A DNA stretch of 32,000 nt, from the NCBI RefSeq assembly GCF_000196355.1, contig NC_007614.1:1140001-1172000 (forward strand), given 5' to 3'. Within the stretch, counting starts at the first letter, position 1, and every line of letters starts with the position of its first letter. This stretch comes from Nitrosospira multiformis ATCC 25196 (lineage in GTDB: Bacteria; Pseudomonadota; Gammaproteobacteria; Burkholderiales; Nitrosomonadaceae). Shown here one piece after another: positions 8,592 to 20,408 of this stretch. Under the pieces are notes generated by a model. It made no database searches. It was not told the DNA's origin and worked only from the letters and a program-made list of their open reading frames with translations. The position numbers and the translations under genes were made by a program.

Positions 8592-9479
8592 CTAGGAGAC
8601 TTGTTGAATTCCAGCGAGCAGCCAGACAGCATCGGGATCTTTGAGATCCTTCTGCACATGCCAGATTTCATCGAACGCTTCCGGCGTTGACTGGGGCGAT
8701 TCGCGCAATTGGCCATTGAAGCGGACGCTGGCAATTGCCATGTCTTTTTCCGTGACCACTTCAAGCAGCTGCGCATTGATCGCCAGCACGTCGGTTCGCT
8801 GGGGCTCGTTACCGCGCTCGTTGATCTGCATGCTGATCTCCGCATACATTTCGGGGGTAGTATATTCCCGGATATCGTTCAGGTCGCGCGCATCATTTGC
8901 TGCCTGCAAGCGTATGAATGAAGTCTTCGCGTTACGCAGGAAAGGTTCCACCTGAAAATCAGCGGGAATATTGCCTGTGCCGGAAACCGGGGCCACTGCG
9001 CTCGCTCTCGGGGTCGTCTCTGGTGCGGAGCCCGTTGCGGCTGTTGCTCCGGGTGTGACGCCGTGATCGGTTGAGGTTCCCTGCATGCCCGAATACTGCA
9101 TCGGGCGGGCCGAGTGTTCCTGTCTCGGTTTGCGCAGCATGCGCATGACAAAGAAGATCCCGCCGATCAACGCTGCCAGCATCAGCACGTCCATCATATT
9201 GATCCCTTCGAATGCGCCGCCCATGAAAAGCGCAGCCAGTAACCCTCCCGCAGCCAGACCCGCCAAGGGTCCCAACCACTTATTGCCGCCTGGACGCGTG
9301 GCTGCTCCAGGCGCGGCGTTAGGTGCCGTTCCGGGTTGAGGCGCTGCCTGCTGCTGGCTCATGGATTCCCGTTGCTTGCCGATACTTTGACCGCCCCCGA
9401 AGCGTTTCGCCTCGGCATCGAAGGCCGCCAATCCGAAGCTGAAAACGGCCAGGGTCAACAGAGTCAATATTTTCTTCAT
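8592..9479 (-). CDS. Tim44-like domain protein
   Basis: Signal peptide MKKILTLLTLAVFSFGLAAFDAEA, KRFGGGQSIGKQRE, Gly-rich transmembrane stretch, then Tim44-like C-terminus FLRNAKTSFIRLQAANDARDLNDIREYTTPEM... Confidence 0.87.
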   Translation of the reverse strand: MKKILTLLTLAVFSFGLAAFDAEAKRFGGGQSIGKQRESMSQQQAAPQPGTAPNAAPGAATRPGGNKWLGPLAGLAAGGLLAALFMGGAFEGINMMDVLMLAALIGGIFFVMRMLRKPRQEHSARPMQYSGMQGTSTDHGVTPGATAATGSAPETTPRASAVAPVSGTGNIPADFQVEPFLRNAKTSFIRLQAANDARDLNDIREYTTPEMYAEISMQINERGNEPQRTDVLAINAQLLEVVTEKDMAIASVRFNGQLRESPQSTPEAFDEIWHVQKDLKDPDAVWLLAGIQQVS

Positions 9480-9955
9480 GAAAGTCTCCCGGGATACGGT
9501 TAAAGTAAGGAGTATAGCACCATCAATTCAAGGAAATGTCGGCTAAAATCAGAATTGCTCACACCTTTGAGGATCCTGTCGGGGATAAACGATCGATGGA
9601 GGAAAAACGGAAAAGTTCGGCGAGCAGCCGGCTATAGCAGCGGCCACGGCCGTCCGGCAGCAGGGGTGGCAAAACATCTGTCATATGAGGGGTGACGTAC
9701 AGACGCAGCCGAAGATCCTGTCTCTAATCGCCAGTTTGGCCCCTGCATGGGGATCGGGATTTTCCGCTGCGCTGCTGGCAGCAGTATAAGGAACGGAGTA
9801 AAGGGTGCTCGCTGACGAGACCGAAGGAGCGAAGGGCTAAAGGATCGCAGGAAACTGGAAAAATCGTTCGGTTTATCCCCGTTCGGCTATCGCAACATCT
9901 TTCGAGCGAATATCTTTTATCTTTTAGCCGGATTTCAAGTAACCGTGTTCGATAA

Positions 9956-10861
9956 GTGCTATTGCGAGGAACATACGTGGAGAAAATTCGACGCATACTC
10001 ATCTCCACCGATTTCTCCCCGCGCGGCGAGCGCGCCGTGCAGCGCGCCGCGCTGCTGGCGTCAGAGCATGCAGCCGAACTGTATCTGTTGCATGTCCTTC
10101 CGGCGTTGCCGCTCGAAGTATTCAAGCATCTGATAGCCGAAACGCCGCTGGAAACAGAACAGAGGCTCTACAACCGGGCAAAGATAGCACTGCAGAACAG
10201 GGCGGATATGTTGGCGTTGAGAGGCATACGGGTAAAGCATCACGTTGCCATCGGCAGGGCGCACCTCGAGATTAACCGATATGCCCAGTCCCATCATGCC
10301 GATCTCATTGTGATCGGGGATCAGGGGGAAAGCTTTGCATGCGAATTCTTTCTAGGGACGACCGCATCGAAAACGCTTCGCACGGGCCATCATCCCTTGC
10401 TGATCGTCAAGCAGGAGCCCAGGGATGAGTACAAGCATGTGCTGGTACCCGTCGATTTTTCCAAAAACTCCCTGAATGCGCTGGAGATGGCATTGAAAGC
10501 AGTGATGGATGCATCCATTCACGTCTTGCATGTGGTGGAAATGCCGCTGGGGCAGAAAATGAAGCAGGCAGGGTACGATGCAGGTCAGGTCGACCACTAC
10601 CACGAAGAAATGTTGATCCATGCCCGAGAAGGCATGGAGAAGATAGTGAGCGATTATGCGCACGGGGACAGACGCGTTGTATCCATTATCGAATACGGCC
10701 ATGCGCCGGATGTGATCCGCGAGAAAGCGCAGGCACTCGATATTGATCTCATCGTGATAGGCAAGCGTGGGCAGACAGAACTGGATGAAGCGCTATTCGG
10801 GTCAGCCACAAAGCATGTCCTTTATGAAACCCCTTGCGATGTGCTCGTAGTCAACCCGTAA
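9956..10861 (+). CDS. Universal stress protein with two UspA domains
   Basis: Two tandem Usp domains: RRILISTDFSPRGERAVQRAALLA...ADLIVIGDQG and KHVLVPVDFSKNSLNALEMAL...IDLIVIGKRGQTELDEALFGSATKHVLYETPCDVLVV. Confidence 0.9.
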   Translation: MLLRGTYVEKIRRILISTDFSPRGERAVQRAALLASEHAAELYLLHVLPALPLEVFKHLIAETPLETEQRLYNRAKIALQNRADMLALRGIRVKHHVAIGRAHLEINRYAQSHHADLIVIGDQGESFACEFFLGTTASKTLRTGHHPLLIVKQEPRDEYKHVLVPVDFSKNSLNALEMALKAVMDASIHVLHVVEMPLGQKMKQAGYDAGQVDHYHEEMLIHAREGMEKIVSDYAHGDRRVVSIIEYGHAPDVIREKAQALDIDLIVIGKRGQTELDEALFGSATKHVLYETPCDVLVVNP

Positions 10862-10942
10862 TATGATGCCTTAATATGATTTTGTAATTCTCAAGCCCTG
10901 ATGGAGCGCTGGATCTTTATGCGTTCCGCTCAAGCCCTTGCC

Positions 10943-12049
10943 ATGAAAATTTTGACGGTCAACACAGGCAGCTCATCGGTACGCCTGGCAGCATTCCTTC
11001 ACCATCAGGAAAAGCTGACGGAGCTTGTGAGTGTCAGGGAAGATTCCGGTGGTGAGCCGGAAGATATCCTCCAGGAATTCGTGCAGGTCCACAAACTTGG
11101 CAAGGTGAATGTCGTGGCGCATCGCGTCGTGCATGGAGGCATGCGTCTTACTTCCCCTTGCGTGATCGATCGCGACGTGGAGAGGGAAATCGAATGTCTT
11201 GCGCCGCTTGCGCCCTTGCATAACCCCGTCGCACTGGAGTGGATACGTGCCGCCAAGGAAGTATTCGGTATTCATATGCCGCAAGTTGCAGTATTCGACA
11301 CCGCATTTTTTACCCATCTGCCGACAGTTGCGCAAACTTACGCAATTCCGCATGAGCTGACCGGAAAGTACGCATTGCGGCGGTACGGTTTTCACGGACT
11401 GGCGCACCAGGCTATGTGGCAGGCTTGGCGCGATCAACATCCGGACTTTGTGCAAAATGGAAAAATCATTTCGATGCAGTTCGGAGCAGGTTGCTCGATC
11501 ACGGCGACAGAGAAAGGATTGCCTCGCGATACTTCCATGGGATTCTCGCCTCTGGAGGGATTGATGATGGCGACGCGCTCGGGCGACCTGGACCCCGGTC
11601 TGATGACGTTTTTGCAGCGGCAGGAGAGCTTGGCGCCGGAGCAGATGGATCGGCTGCTGAATGAGCAGTCCGGTTTATCGGGAGTGTCGGGAATCAGCGC
11701 CGATATCCGGGAACTGCTGAAGTCGAAAGACGAATACGCTGGGCTGGCGGTCGAGCTGTACTGTTACCGGGCGCGTAAATATCTGGGCGCTTATCTTGCC
11801 GTGCTGGGCGGGGCAAATGCAGTGATTTTTGGCGGGGGCGTGGGGGAGAACGTTCCAGTCGTGCGGGAAAAGATTCTGGCAGGAATGGAATGGTGCGGAA
11901 TCCATCTCGACGCGAAAAAGAACAGCGATGCGAGCGGGATGTCATGCATCAGTAGCGAAGCGAGTCGGGTCGAAGTGTGGGTGGCTCCCGTGAATGAGGC
12001 GACAATCCTCGCGCAGGAAGCAGAGGCAGTTATTTCCAGTCGTGGCTAG
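10943..12049 (+). CDS. ackA: Acetate kinase
   Basis: [75 protein letters not shown] 10943 preferred over 10901. Confidence 0.93.
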   Translation: MKILTVNTGSSSVRLAAFLHHQEKLTELVSVREDSGGEPEDILQEFVQVHKLGKVNVVAHRVVHGGMRLTSPCVIDRDVEREIECLAPLAPLHNPVALEWIRAAKEVFGIHMPQVAVFDTAFFTHLPTVAQTYAIPHELTGKYALRRYGFHGLAHQAMWQAWRDQHPDFVQNGKIISMQFGAGCSITATEKGLPRDTSMGFSPLEGLMMATRSGDLDPGLMTFLQRQESLAPEQMDRLLNEQSGLSGVSGISADIRELLKSKDEYAGLAVELYCYRARKYLGAYLAVLGGANAVIFGGGVGENVPVVREKILAGMEWCGIHLDAKKNSDASGMSCISSEASRVEVWVAPVNEATILAQEAEAVISSRG

Positions 12050-12111
12050 CCTTTGCCCCAGTGCCTGGATTCTTCGGCAGTAACCAGTGTCCGGAAAAAG
12101 GAGGATTCAAT

Positions 12112-14535
12112 ATGAACCGTGCTTCGCCTGCAGTAAAAACCGAAAGCAATCCGCTATCCACGGACGAACTGCGCAAGATCGATGCATACTGGCGAGCGGC
12201 CAATTATCTCTCGGTGGGGCAAATCTATCTGCTGGACAACCCCTTGCTCAAGGAGCCCCTTACCGTCACGCACATCAAGCCGCGCCTGCTGGGCCATTGG
12301 GGTACATGCCCCGGTCTCAGTTTTATTTACGCGCATCTGAACCGCATCATAAAAAAATTTGATCTGGATATGTTCTATGTATGCGGACCCGGGCACGGTG
12401 GACCGGCAATGGTTGCCAACACGTGGCTGGAGGGGAGCTACAGCGAGTTTTATCCCCGTATCTCCCGGGATGCAACAGGCATGAAGAGGCTGTTTCGGCA
12501 GTTTTCCTTTCCCGGGGGGATTCCGAGTCATGTTGCCCCGGAAACGGCGGGGTCGATAAACGAAGGCGGGGAACTGGGTTACTCGCTTTCACATGCTTTC
12601 GGGGCGGCCTTTGACAATCCGGATTTGATCGTGGCTTGCGTGGTGGGCGATGGGGAAGCTGAAACCGGACCGCTTGCCGCCTCCTGGCACTCGAACAAGT
12701 TTCTCAATCCGGCCCGCGATGGAGCGGTGCTGCCTATTCTGCATCTCAACGGCTACAAGATCGCAAACCCTACCATACTTGCGCGCATCAGCCATGAGGA
12801 ACTGGAAAGCCTGTTTGCTGGTTATGGCTACCAGCCCTATTTCGTCGAGGGGTCGGACCCCGGGCCCATGCATCAGTCGATGGCTGCCGTGCTGGATACC
12901 GCGATCGAAAGTATACGGAGAATACAGCGTGAGGCGCGCAGCCGTGGAGTGAATTCAGGGGAGAGGCAGGAAGCCGTGACCTATCCCCGCTGGCCGCTGA
13001 TTATCCTGCGCAGCCCTAAAGGATGGACCGGACCGGAAGAAGTGGATGGGAAAAAGCTGGAAGACTACTGGCGCTCACACCAGGTACCCCTTGCGGAACT
13101 CGGTTCCAAGCCGGATCACCTGAAGCAGCTGGAAGACTGGATGAGGAGCTACAAACCCGAAGAGTTATTCGATGAGAACGGCTGTCTCATGCCGGAACTG
13201 GCGGCGCTTGCGCCCGAAGGGGATCGGCGCATGGGTGCCAATCCCCATGCCAATGGCGGTCTGCTTCTGAAAGAGCTGGAAATGCCCGATTTTCGCAGCT
13301 ATGCCGTTGACGTACCCGTACCGGGGACGGAAGTGCGGGAAGCCACGCGGGAAACGGGTAAGTTTCTTCGCGATATCATGAAACTCAATCTGGATAGCTC
13401 CAACTTTCGGGTAATGGGACCGGATGAGACCAGCTCGAACCGGCTTGACGCCCTCTTCGATGTAACAGCTCGAGCCTGGGTTGCGCAGCAGCTGCCTGAG
13501 GATGAGCACCTCTCTCCCGACGGGCGGGTGATGGAGATATTGTCCGAACACATATGCCAGGGCTGGCTGGAAGGTTATCTGCTTACCGGACGTCACGGAC
13601 TTTTTTCCTGCTATGAGGCTTTCATCCACATCGTTGATTCCATGTTCAACCAGCATGCCAAATGGCTCAAGGTCAGCAAGGAAATTCCCTGGCGGCGACC
13701 CATCGCCTCCCTCAATTATCTCTTGACATCGCATGTGTGGCGCCAGGACCACAACGGCTTTTCCCATCAGGACCCCGGTTTTATTGACCTTGTCGTCAAC
13801 AAGAAGGCAAGCATCATTCGTGTCTATCTTCCGCCGGATGCGAATACCCTTCTTTATATTACCGACAAGTGCCTTCGTTCCCGAAATTTCATCAATGTCA
13901 TCGTCGCGGGAAAACAGCCCGCACTTCAGTGGCTGGATATGGATGCGGCCATCAGACATGGCAGCGCTGGTATCGGGATATGGGGGTGGGCGAGCAACGA
14001 TCAGGAGGACGAGCCGGATGTGGTCATGGCTTGCGCGGGCGACATTCCCACCCTGGAGACGCTGGCTGCCGTGGATCTGCTGCGGCGCCATGTCCCGGAG
14101 TTGAGGATCCGTGTTGTCAATATCGTCGACCTGATGACCTTGCAGCCTCGATCGGAACATCCGGACGGGCTTTCAGACTGGGACTTCGATACGCTGTTCA
14201 CGACCAATAAGCCCATCATTTTCGCCTATCACGGCTACCCCTGGCTGATTCATCGCCTGACTTACCGTCGCACCAATCATCCCAACCTGCATGTGCGCGG
14301 TTACAAGGAAGAAGGCACCACGACTACCCCTTTCGATATGACAGTACTTAACGATCTGGACCGGTTTCATCTGGTAATGGATGTGGCGGACCGTGTACCC
14401 AAGCTGAGTTCCAAAGGCGCTTACCTCAAGCAACTGATGCGCGACAAGCTGATCGACCATAAACGCTATATCCGGCAATACGGTGAGGACATGCCGGAGA
14501 TACGGGATTGGCATTGGCCTTCACCCGGTTCGTAG
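12112..14535 (+). CDS. xfp: Xylulose-5-phosphate/fructose-6-phosphate phosphoketolase
   Basis: [95 protein letters not shown] 12112 with GGAGGATT upstream preferred over 12061. Confidence 0.95.
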   Translation: MNRASPAVKTESNPLSTDELRKIDAYWRAANYLSVGQIYLLDNPLLKEPLTVTHIKPRLLGHWGTCPGLSFIYAHLNRIIKKFDLDMFYVCGPGHGGPAMVANTWLEGSYSEFYPRISRDATGMKRLFRQFSFPGGIPSHVAPETAGSINEGGELGYSLSHAFGAAFDNPDLIVACVVGDGEAETGPLAASWHSNKFLNPARDGAVLPILHLNGYKIANPTILARISHEELESLFAGYGYQPYFVEGSDPGPMHQSMAAVLDTAIESIRRIQREARSRGVNSGERQEAVTYPRWPLIILRSPKGWTGPEEVDGKKLEDYWRSHQVPLAELGSKPDHLKQLEDWMRSYKPEELFDENGCLMPELAALAPEGDRRMGANPHANGGLLLKELEMPDFRSYAVDVPVPGTEVREATRETGKFLRDIMKLNLDSSNFRVMGPDETSSNRLDALFDVTARAWVAQQLPEDEHLSPDGRVMEILSEHICQGWLEGYLLTGRHGLFSCYEAFIHIVDSMFNQHAKWLKVSKEIPWRRPIASLNYLLTSHVWRQDHNGFSHQDPGFIDLVVNKKASIIRVYLPPDANTLLYITDKCLRSRNFINVIVAGKQPALQWLDMDAAIRHGSAGIGIWGWASNDQEDEPDVVMACAGDIPTLETLAAVDLLRRHVPELRIRVVNIVDLMTLQPRSEHPDGLSDWDFDTLFTTNKPIIFAYHGYPWLIHRLTYRRTNHPNLHVRGYKEEGTTTTPFDMTVLNDLDRFHLVMDVADRVPKLSSKGAYLKQLMRDKLIDHKRYIRQYGEDMPEIRDWHWPSPGS

Positions 14536-14638
14536 CCATTGTTGCCTGCCCAGTAAAATGGCGGTTTTCCTGCTAAAAATGTTTTTATCACCGCGCATGC
14601 TATATTGAAATATATCTCCAGTAACTCCAGTATTTTCC

Positions 14639-15433
14639 ATGGGGTGCCCGTTCAAGGGTGGGATGGCTCCTCGCAGGAAGAGAGTACATTCACATGAGAA
14701 ATTCTTTCGGGACCGCTCTGAATCTTACGCAATTCGTATCGATATTGATTGGAATCGTATCTCGTTCATTATTCCAAATATCCAACCCCCGGATCGGATA
14801 GGAGCATTGATGATACTCATCATCAATTTCATTGCGCTGTACGCGTCGTTTTCACTCAATCACATGCTTGCCATTTACTGGGGGGCGGTGCTGCCCGTGT
14901 TATATGCCCTGGTCATTGCTCCGCACGCGCTGATCGGCAGATCGGATATCCCTCCATCGACGATAACGAAAGTTCTCGCGGTGAAGTGGAACAATGCGGA
15001 GGAACTCACCGCTTACATTGTGAAATACTGGATGGCTTTGGCATATCCGACCACTTCGTGGAAAAAGCAGCGCAACAGTATCGTTTTGTCCCTGACATCG
15101 TTCTTCCTGGGCGTGGTTTATATTCTCAAGGAGTTGCTCGCCGCAGGGGTGGTGATGTTCGTAGTCGGTTATGTCCTGTATCAGATGAGCGTCCGGGTGG
15201 ACAGGCCGCGCGCGGTGTTTGGTAATTCTGACTTCAGGGACGGTACTGACAATGAATTTGCCAGGAAAGAATGGGAGCTGGCTGCCATGTCCATCATCGC
15301 ATTTTCGGAGCTCTATCCGGATGACAAGGCATTCAAGAAGGCGGCTGATGAGGTGCTGGAAGATAACGATGTGAAATCGATGCTGACGAAATACCGCTAT
15401 GATTACGGTGCCAGCTGGCTGAATGTGGCATGA
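14639..15433 (+). CDS. Conserved-looking hypothetical membrane protein, start codon uncertain
   Basis: Long ORF with hydrophobic segments (ALMILIINFIALYASFSL; LAIYWGAVLPVLYALVIA; ELLAAGVVMFVVGYVLYQM) and a soluble C-terminus. The true start may be the internal ATG near 14811. Confidence 0.6.
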   Translation: MGCPFKGGMAPRRKRVHSHEKFFRDRSESYAIRIDIDWNRISFIIPNIQPPDRIGALMILIINFIALYASFSLNHMLAIYWGAVLPVLYALVIAPHALIGRSDIPPSTITKVLAVKWNNAEELTAYIVKYWMALAYPTTSWKKQRNSIVLSLTSFFLGVVYILKELLAAGVVMFVVGYVLYQMSVRVDRPRAVFGNSDFRDGTDNEFARKEWELAAMSIIAFSELYPDDKAFKKAADEVLEDNDVKSMLTKYRYDYGASWLNVA

Positions 15434-15479
15434 TTCCTCCTGCGATATCCTGAAGCGAGGCTACGCGCGGGGATATTCG

Positions 15480-15896
15480 CTATTTGTCGTTCGTGACGAG
15501 ATTTTTTTCGTTGGTATCGACGACAAAGACGGCCAGCAGGCGTGCAGGCTGAGTCTTGCTGTTATTTGCGCTGACGGCATGATGGTCACCCGGTAGTTCA
15601 GCGAAGCTTTCGCCGGCGCGATAAACCTTTTCCGGACCGTCATTGACTTTGCTACGAATTTCCCCCTCCAGGACCGTTGCATAGATGAAAGCCGACTTTG
15701 GATGGGTATGGGCGGGCGACGAGGCTCCCGGCTCGTATTCGACAAGCACGCCTTTCATGCTTTTGCCAGGCACATTCGGAAGGGCATGATCAAAGACCAG
15801 GGTTACCTTGGATTTGTCAGCAGGCAGGTTATCGGCTGAAGCCCCGCTTATGGAGAGAGCTGCGCAGGCAACGCTGCAGAGAAACCTGGTAAACAT
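15480..15896 (-). CDS. Periplasmic cupin-domain protein
   Basis: Signal peptide (MFTRFLCSVACAALSISGASA) then cupin pattern EYEPGASSPAHTHPKSAFIYATVLEGEIRSKV...YRAGESFAELPGDHHAVSAN. Confidence 0.85.
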   Translation of the reverse strand: MFTRFLCSVACAALSISGASADNLPADKSKVTLVFDHALPNVPGKSMKGVLVEYEPGASSPAHTHPKSAFIYATVLEGEIRSKVNDGPEKVYRAGESFAELPGDHHAVSANNSKTQPARLLAVFVVDTNEKNLVTNDK

Positions 15897-15944
15897 TATG
15901 TCTCCTTTCGTTGATGGAAATGAGTGGAGAATTGTTGGCCATGC

Positions 15945-16397
15945 TCATGCCTTCACAGGATAACGGCTGGAAATGGCAATGCGATTCCAAGCATTGATGA
16001 CTACCGAGAGCCACTCGACAGCCGATATTTCATTTTTTGACAGATGGGCTGCTGCTTGCTCATAGATGGCATCCGGTACTTGTCCCTCAGAGATCAATGT
16101 GATTGCTTCCACCAGTGCCAACGATGAACGTTCCTTTTCAGTGAAATACCCGGTTTCCCGCCAGGCAGGCAGGACACTTATGCGATCGCTCGACTCGCCA
16201 CTGGACAGGGCGTCATGAGTATGCATCCTGATGCAGAATGCGCACTGGTTGAGTTGGGATGCACGAAGGCGCAGCAGATGTGCAAAGCCCTCGGGGATGC
16301 TTGCGGAAGCAATGGCCTCCGCTGCCAGCTTCTCAAGGCCCATGACGGCTTGGTAAAGGGCTGGAGCGGATTTACCCAGATTGATTCTTTCTGACAT
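15945..16397 (-). CDS. Carboxymuconolactone decarboxylase (AhpD-like) family protein
   Basis: LRLRASQLNQCAFCIRMHTHDA (CxxC and H pattern of the AhpD/CMD family), AWRETGYFTEKERSSLALVEAITLI. Confidence 0.9.
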   Translation of the reverse strand: MSERINLGKSAPALYQAVMGLEKLAAEAIASASIPEGFAHLLRLRASQLNQCAFCIRMHTHDALSSGESSDRISVLPAWRETGYFTEKERSSLALVEAITLISEGQVPDAIYEQAAAHLSKNEISAVEWLSVVINAWNRIAISSRYPVKA

Positions 16398-16867
16398 GAA
16401 ATCTCCTCCCCTATATGTACCTGCCAGCGAATAAGCTACTGGCCGGGTTGATCCACAGTGATGGGTTCGGCGTAATGAACCTTTAGATCGACAAACGTCG
16501 AGTTGTCCTTGAAAAGCGAGACAAATTCCCGACGCTTATCGTTGCCGGACAGCGCCCCTCTCTATGGCGTCCCCTTGATTATCTCCAGTAAAAATTGGAT
16601 AGCGGATGGCCTAATGACACAGCATCCCCCATTTCATTTCAATTTATAGATGAGGATAAAGAAAAAGCAAATTAGAGGCGGCTAATTTTTATTCCTCCAT
16701 TTACCCTTGATAGCTTGCGTATTATCAGTTGTGAGTGTCTCTCATGAATTTCCTCATTTCTATCCCCCTTCCATCTCCCAAACAGGCCTTTCGGGTTTCA
16801 TACCGTAGGGGTAAATTAATGAAAATATGGACTTGTGCTGCCGGGTCCTCTCTTACGGCTTCTCCGG

Positions 16868-17716
16868 CTAATAAATCTTCCGTTCGAGTTTTGCTTCGTG
16901 CAGTACCGCGGTCGCCAATTCTTCGATGGATTTGCTGGTTGCGTCGAGATAGGGGATGCCCGCGCGGCGCATCAGCTTTTCCGCGCTCTGCACTTCATAC
17001 TCGCAGTTCTTGAGGGAAGCGTACACGCTTTCCGGCTTGCGTTCGCTGCGTATTTCATGGAGCCGCTCCGGGTGAATGGTAAAGCCGAACAACTTGCTTC
17101 GTATATTCCTGATCTGGGCAGGAAGCTCTTCGCGCTGGAAATCCTCGGGAATAAGCGGGTAGTTTGCCGCGTAAATTCCATATTGCAAGGCGAGATAGAG
17201 ACAAGTCGGGGTCTTGCCGGTACGGGAAGCGCCTACCAGGGTAACATCGGCCCGGTTCCAGTTTTTTTGCGACAAGCCATCGTCGTGCTCCAGAGCGTAA
17301 TTTATTGCGTTGATACGCTTCCAGTACCCCGTTGGATCGGAAACGCGATGAGAACGCCCCATGTTTTCCGACGAACGCGCACCCAGCTCAGCTTCCAGTG
17401 GAGCAATAAAAATGCTGAAGCAATCGAGATGCAGAGCGTCGGCAGAATTGATGATAAGCCTGATTTCGGGATTCACCAACGTACTGAACACCAGCGGGCG
17501 GGCCTCGTCCGCGATGTACCGCTCATTGATCGTCCGGACGGCCGAAGTAGCTTTTGCCTTGCTGTCAATATAGGGTAGGGTGATCTCATCCAGGGGAATA
17601 TTTTCGAATTGACTGAGCAGGCTATGCCCCAGCATTTCCACCGTAATCCCGGTACGGTCTGAAAGAAAGAAGGCAGTTCGACGAATCGGTTTGGGGGTAA
17701 TCGGCATGATCGGCAT
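16868..17716 (-). CDS. ppsR: Phosphoenolpyruvate synthase regulatory protein (bifunctional kinase/pyrophosphorylase, DUF299)
   Basis: [48 protein letters not shown]; divergent from ppsA. Confidence 0.93.
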
Positions 17717-17813
17717 GATTATGAGAAACTATCGATGATTTCCGGGTGGAAATTCCGCTTCAAAATGTAGCACAATTCTTCTTTGGCCAGTATTTGCACA
17801 ATCAGGAGTCAAA

Positions 17814-20201
17814 ATGGACGAGTCGCCCTATATAGCCTGGTTTGACACTTTGCGCATGACGGATGTGAGTCGCGTCGGCGGCAAAAACGCCTCCCTTGGC
17901 GAGATGATCACCCAGCTGACCGGGATGGGAATTCGGGTTCCCGGCGGTTTTGCAACCACTGCCGATGCCTATCGCGATTTCCTGGCTCAGGATGGGCTCG
18001 CACAGCGTATCGAGCAAACCCTCGCTGAACTTGATATAGAAGATGTTCAGGCACTGGCTGCGGCCGGCACACAAATTCGCTCCTGGATAGTGCAAGCATC
18101 GTTTCCACCTCGTCTGGAAAATGAAATTTCTGCTGCTTACGAGAAAATGCTGGGCGAGGCGGAAGGTGAAATTTCGGTAGCGGTGCGTTCTTCGGCCACT
18201 GCCGAAGATCTGGTGGACGCGTCGTTTGCCGGGCAGCAGGAGACTTATCTCAATGTCCAGGGATTGGATAGCCTTCTGAAAGCGGTCAAGGATGTCTTTG
18301 CTTCCCTCTACAACGACCGGGCCATCTCTTATCGTGTGCATAAAGGGTTCATTCATTCCGAAGTCGCGCTTTCGGCCGGAATACAGCGGATGGTGCGCAG
18401 CGACATCAGTGCCGCGGGAGTGATTTTTACACTGGATACCGAATCCGGTTTTGACCAAGTGGTTTTCATCACCGCCTCCTATGGGCTGGGTGAAACCGTT
18501 GTCCAGGGCGCGGTCAATCCCGACGAGTTCTACGTCTACAAACCGGCATTGACACAGGGAAGGCCGGCTATCCTGCGGCGTAACCTGGGCTCGAAACTCA
18601 TCAAGATGCGGTTTGCTGAAGGCCGCGGCGCCGCCCGAGCGGTTGAGACAGTGGATGTGGAAGAGGGGGATCGTAAACGATTCTCCATTAACGATGCAGA
18701 TGTGGAAGAACTGGCCCGTCATGCTCTCGTGATCGAGCGGCATTATCAAAGACCGATGGATATCGAGTGGGGCAAGGATGGTGCGGACGGCAAGCTCTAT
18801 ATTCTGCAGGCCCGGCCGGAGACAGTGCAGGCACACGCCGCGATGGATACATTGCGGCGCTATCGCCTGAAGAGCAAATCCGCGATACTCGTGTCAGGGC
18901 GCGCCATAGGCCAGAAAATAGGGAGCGGCCCTGTTCGCTTGGTTCCCGACGCGCAGGAAATGTCGCGGGTACGCGAGGGTGACGTGCTGGTAACCGATAT
19001 GACCGATCCTGATTGGGAGCCGGTAATGAAACGGGCTGCCGCCATCGTTACCAATCGTGGAGGACGAACCTGCCATGCGGCAATCGTTGCGCGTGAGCTG
19101 GGAATTCCTGCGGTGGTCGGCTGCGGCAATGCCACCGGCTTGTTGACGGAGAATGAGATTGTCACCGTATCCTGCACCGAAGGGGATACCGGCAATATTT
19201 ATCAGGGGAAGCTGGAAGTCGAGGTGACCGACATCGCGCTCGAAAGCATGCCGAAGGCTCCGGTCAAGATCAGTATGAATGTCGGCAATCCCGAGCTTGC
19301 CTTCGGGTTTCAACGCATTCCCAACCATGGAGTGGGGCTGGCGCGGCTTGAGTTCATCATTGCGCGCATGATCGGCCTGCATCCAAAAGCAGTGCTGCAA
19401 TTTGCCAGGCTTCCGCAAGACGTGAAGCAGCAGATCGAGGCCCAAACCAGCGGTTACGCCGATCCAGTCAATTTTTACGTGGAAAAGCTTACCGAGGGAA
19501 TCGCCACCCTGGGCGCAGCCTTTTTTCCAAAACCTGTAATCGTGCGGATGTCCGATTTCAAATCAAATGAATACTCCAGCCTCATCGGCGGCCATGATTA
19601 TGAACCGAGGGAGGAAAACCCGATGCTTGGTTTCCGCGGTGCTTCACGCTACGTAGCGGACGAATTCCGGGATTGTTTCGAGCTGGAATGCCGCGCGCTG
19701 AAGAAAGCGCGCAACGAAATGGGGCTGACCAACCTGGAAATCATGATCCCCTTTGTGCGGACACTGTCCGAGGCCCGACGGGTGGTGGAGCTGCTGGCGG
19801 AAAACGGTTTGAAGCGGGGCGAGAATGGACTGCGTTTGATCATGATGTGCGAGATTCCGTCCAACGCATTGTTGGCGGAACAGTTTCTGGAATATTTTGA
19901 TGGTTTCTCGATCGGGTCCAACGATCTTACTCAACTTACTCTCGGGCTGGACCGTGACTCCAGCCTCGTTGCGGAAGCCTTCGACGAACGCGATCCGGCG
20001 GTAAGAGCGCTTCTGAGGATGGCTATCCAGGCATGCCGTAAAACCGGCAAATATGTGGGAATCTGTGGACAGGGGCCTTCCGACCACCCTGACCTCGCAC
20101 GATGGCTGATGGAAGAGGGCATTGAAACCCTGTCGCTTAATCCCGATACCATCATCGATACCTGGTTATATCTGGTAGAGGAGGCAAAAAAACAGCTATA
20201 G
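17814..20201 (+). CDS. ppsA: Phosphoenolpyruvate synthase
   Basis: [123 protein letters not shown]. Confidence 0.96.
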   Translation: MDESPYIAWFDTLRMTDVSRVGGKNASLGEMITQLTGMGIRVPGGFATTADAYRDFLAQDGLAQRIEQTLAELDIEDVQALAAAGTQIRSWIVQASFPPRLENEISAAYEKMLGEAEGEISVAVRSSATAEDLVDASFAGQQETYLNVQGLDSLLKAVKDVFASLYNDRAISYRVHKGFIHSEVALSAGIQRMVRSDISAAGVIFTLDTESGFDQVVFITASYGLGETVVQGAVNPDEFYVYKPALTQGRPAILRRNLGSKLIKMRFAEGRGAARAVETVDVEEGDRKRFSINDADVEELARHALVIERHYQRPMDIEWGKDGADGKLYILQARPETVQAHAAMDTLRRYRLKSKSAILVSGRAIGQKIGSGPVRLVPDAQEMSRVREGDVLVTDMTDPDWEPVMKRAAAIVTNRGGRTCHAAIVARELGIPAVVGCGNATGLLTENEIVTVSCTEGDTGNIYQGKLEVEVTDIALESMPKAPVKISMNVGNPELAFGFQRIPNHGVGLARLEFIIARMIGLHPKAVLQFARLPQDVKQQIEAQTSGYADPVNFYVEKLTEGIATLGAAFFPKPVIVRMSDFKSNEYSSLIGGHDYEPREENPMLGFRGASRYVADEFRDCFELECRALKKARNEMGLTNLEIMIPFVRTLSEARRVVELLAENGLKRGENGLRLIMMCEIPSNALLAEQFLEYFDGFSIGSNDLTQLTLGLDRDSSLVAEAFDERDPAVRALLRMAIQACRKTGKYVGICGQGPSDHPDLARWLMEEGIETLSLNPDTIIDTWLYLVEEAKKQL

Positions 20202-20365
20202 TCAAAGAATTCGCCGAGCTCGGCAAGTTTGTCGATCATTTGCCGGACAGCAACTTTCACTTTCATTGTCATAGATTCGACACATCGTTATGAGACCATT
20301 GATGCCGGTGTTAGCATTTACCCCTTATGTAAACACCCTCGGGTCCATCCTCTCCCTTACGACCC

Positions 20366-20408
20366 AAGCCCAGATATGGTCAGCCCTCCATTCTGGGCTT
20401 TTTCTTTT
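20366..20408 (+). terminator. Rho-independent terminator
   Basis: AAGCCCAGA...TCTGGGCTT perfect 9-bp stem followed by a T-rich tail (TTTCTTTT), downstream of ppsA. Confidence 0.8.

Noticed and set aside
13165-14160. 331-aa minus-strand ORF opposite the phosphoketolase gene
   Set aside because: Fully antisense to a strongly supported CDS; reads like shadow ORF sequence from high-GC codon bias, no family motifs.
16835-17578. 247-aa plus-strand ORF over ppsR
   Set aside because: Antisense shadow of the clearly recognisable ppsR gene.
17802-18836. 344-aa minus-strand ORF opposite ppsA
   Set aside because: Antisense shadow of ppsA with no recognisable domain.
19931-20272. Minus-strand ORF starting [24 protein letters not shown] over the ppsA 3' end
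   Set aside because: The N-terminus looked mildly antitoxin-like, but the rest is ppsA antisense; insufficient support.
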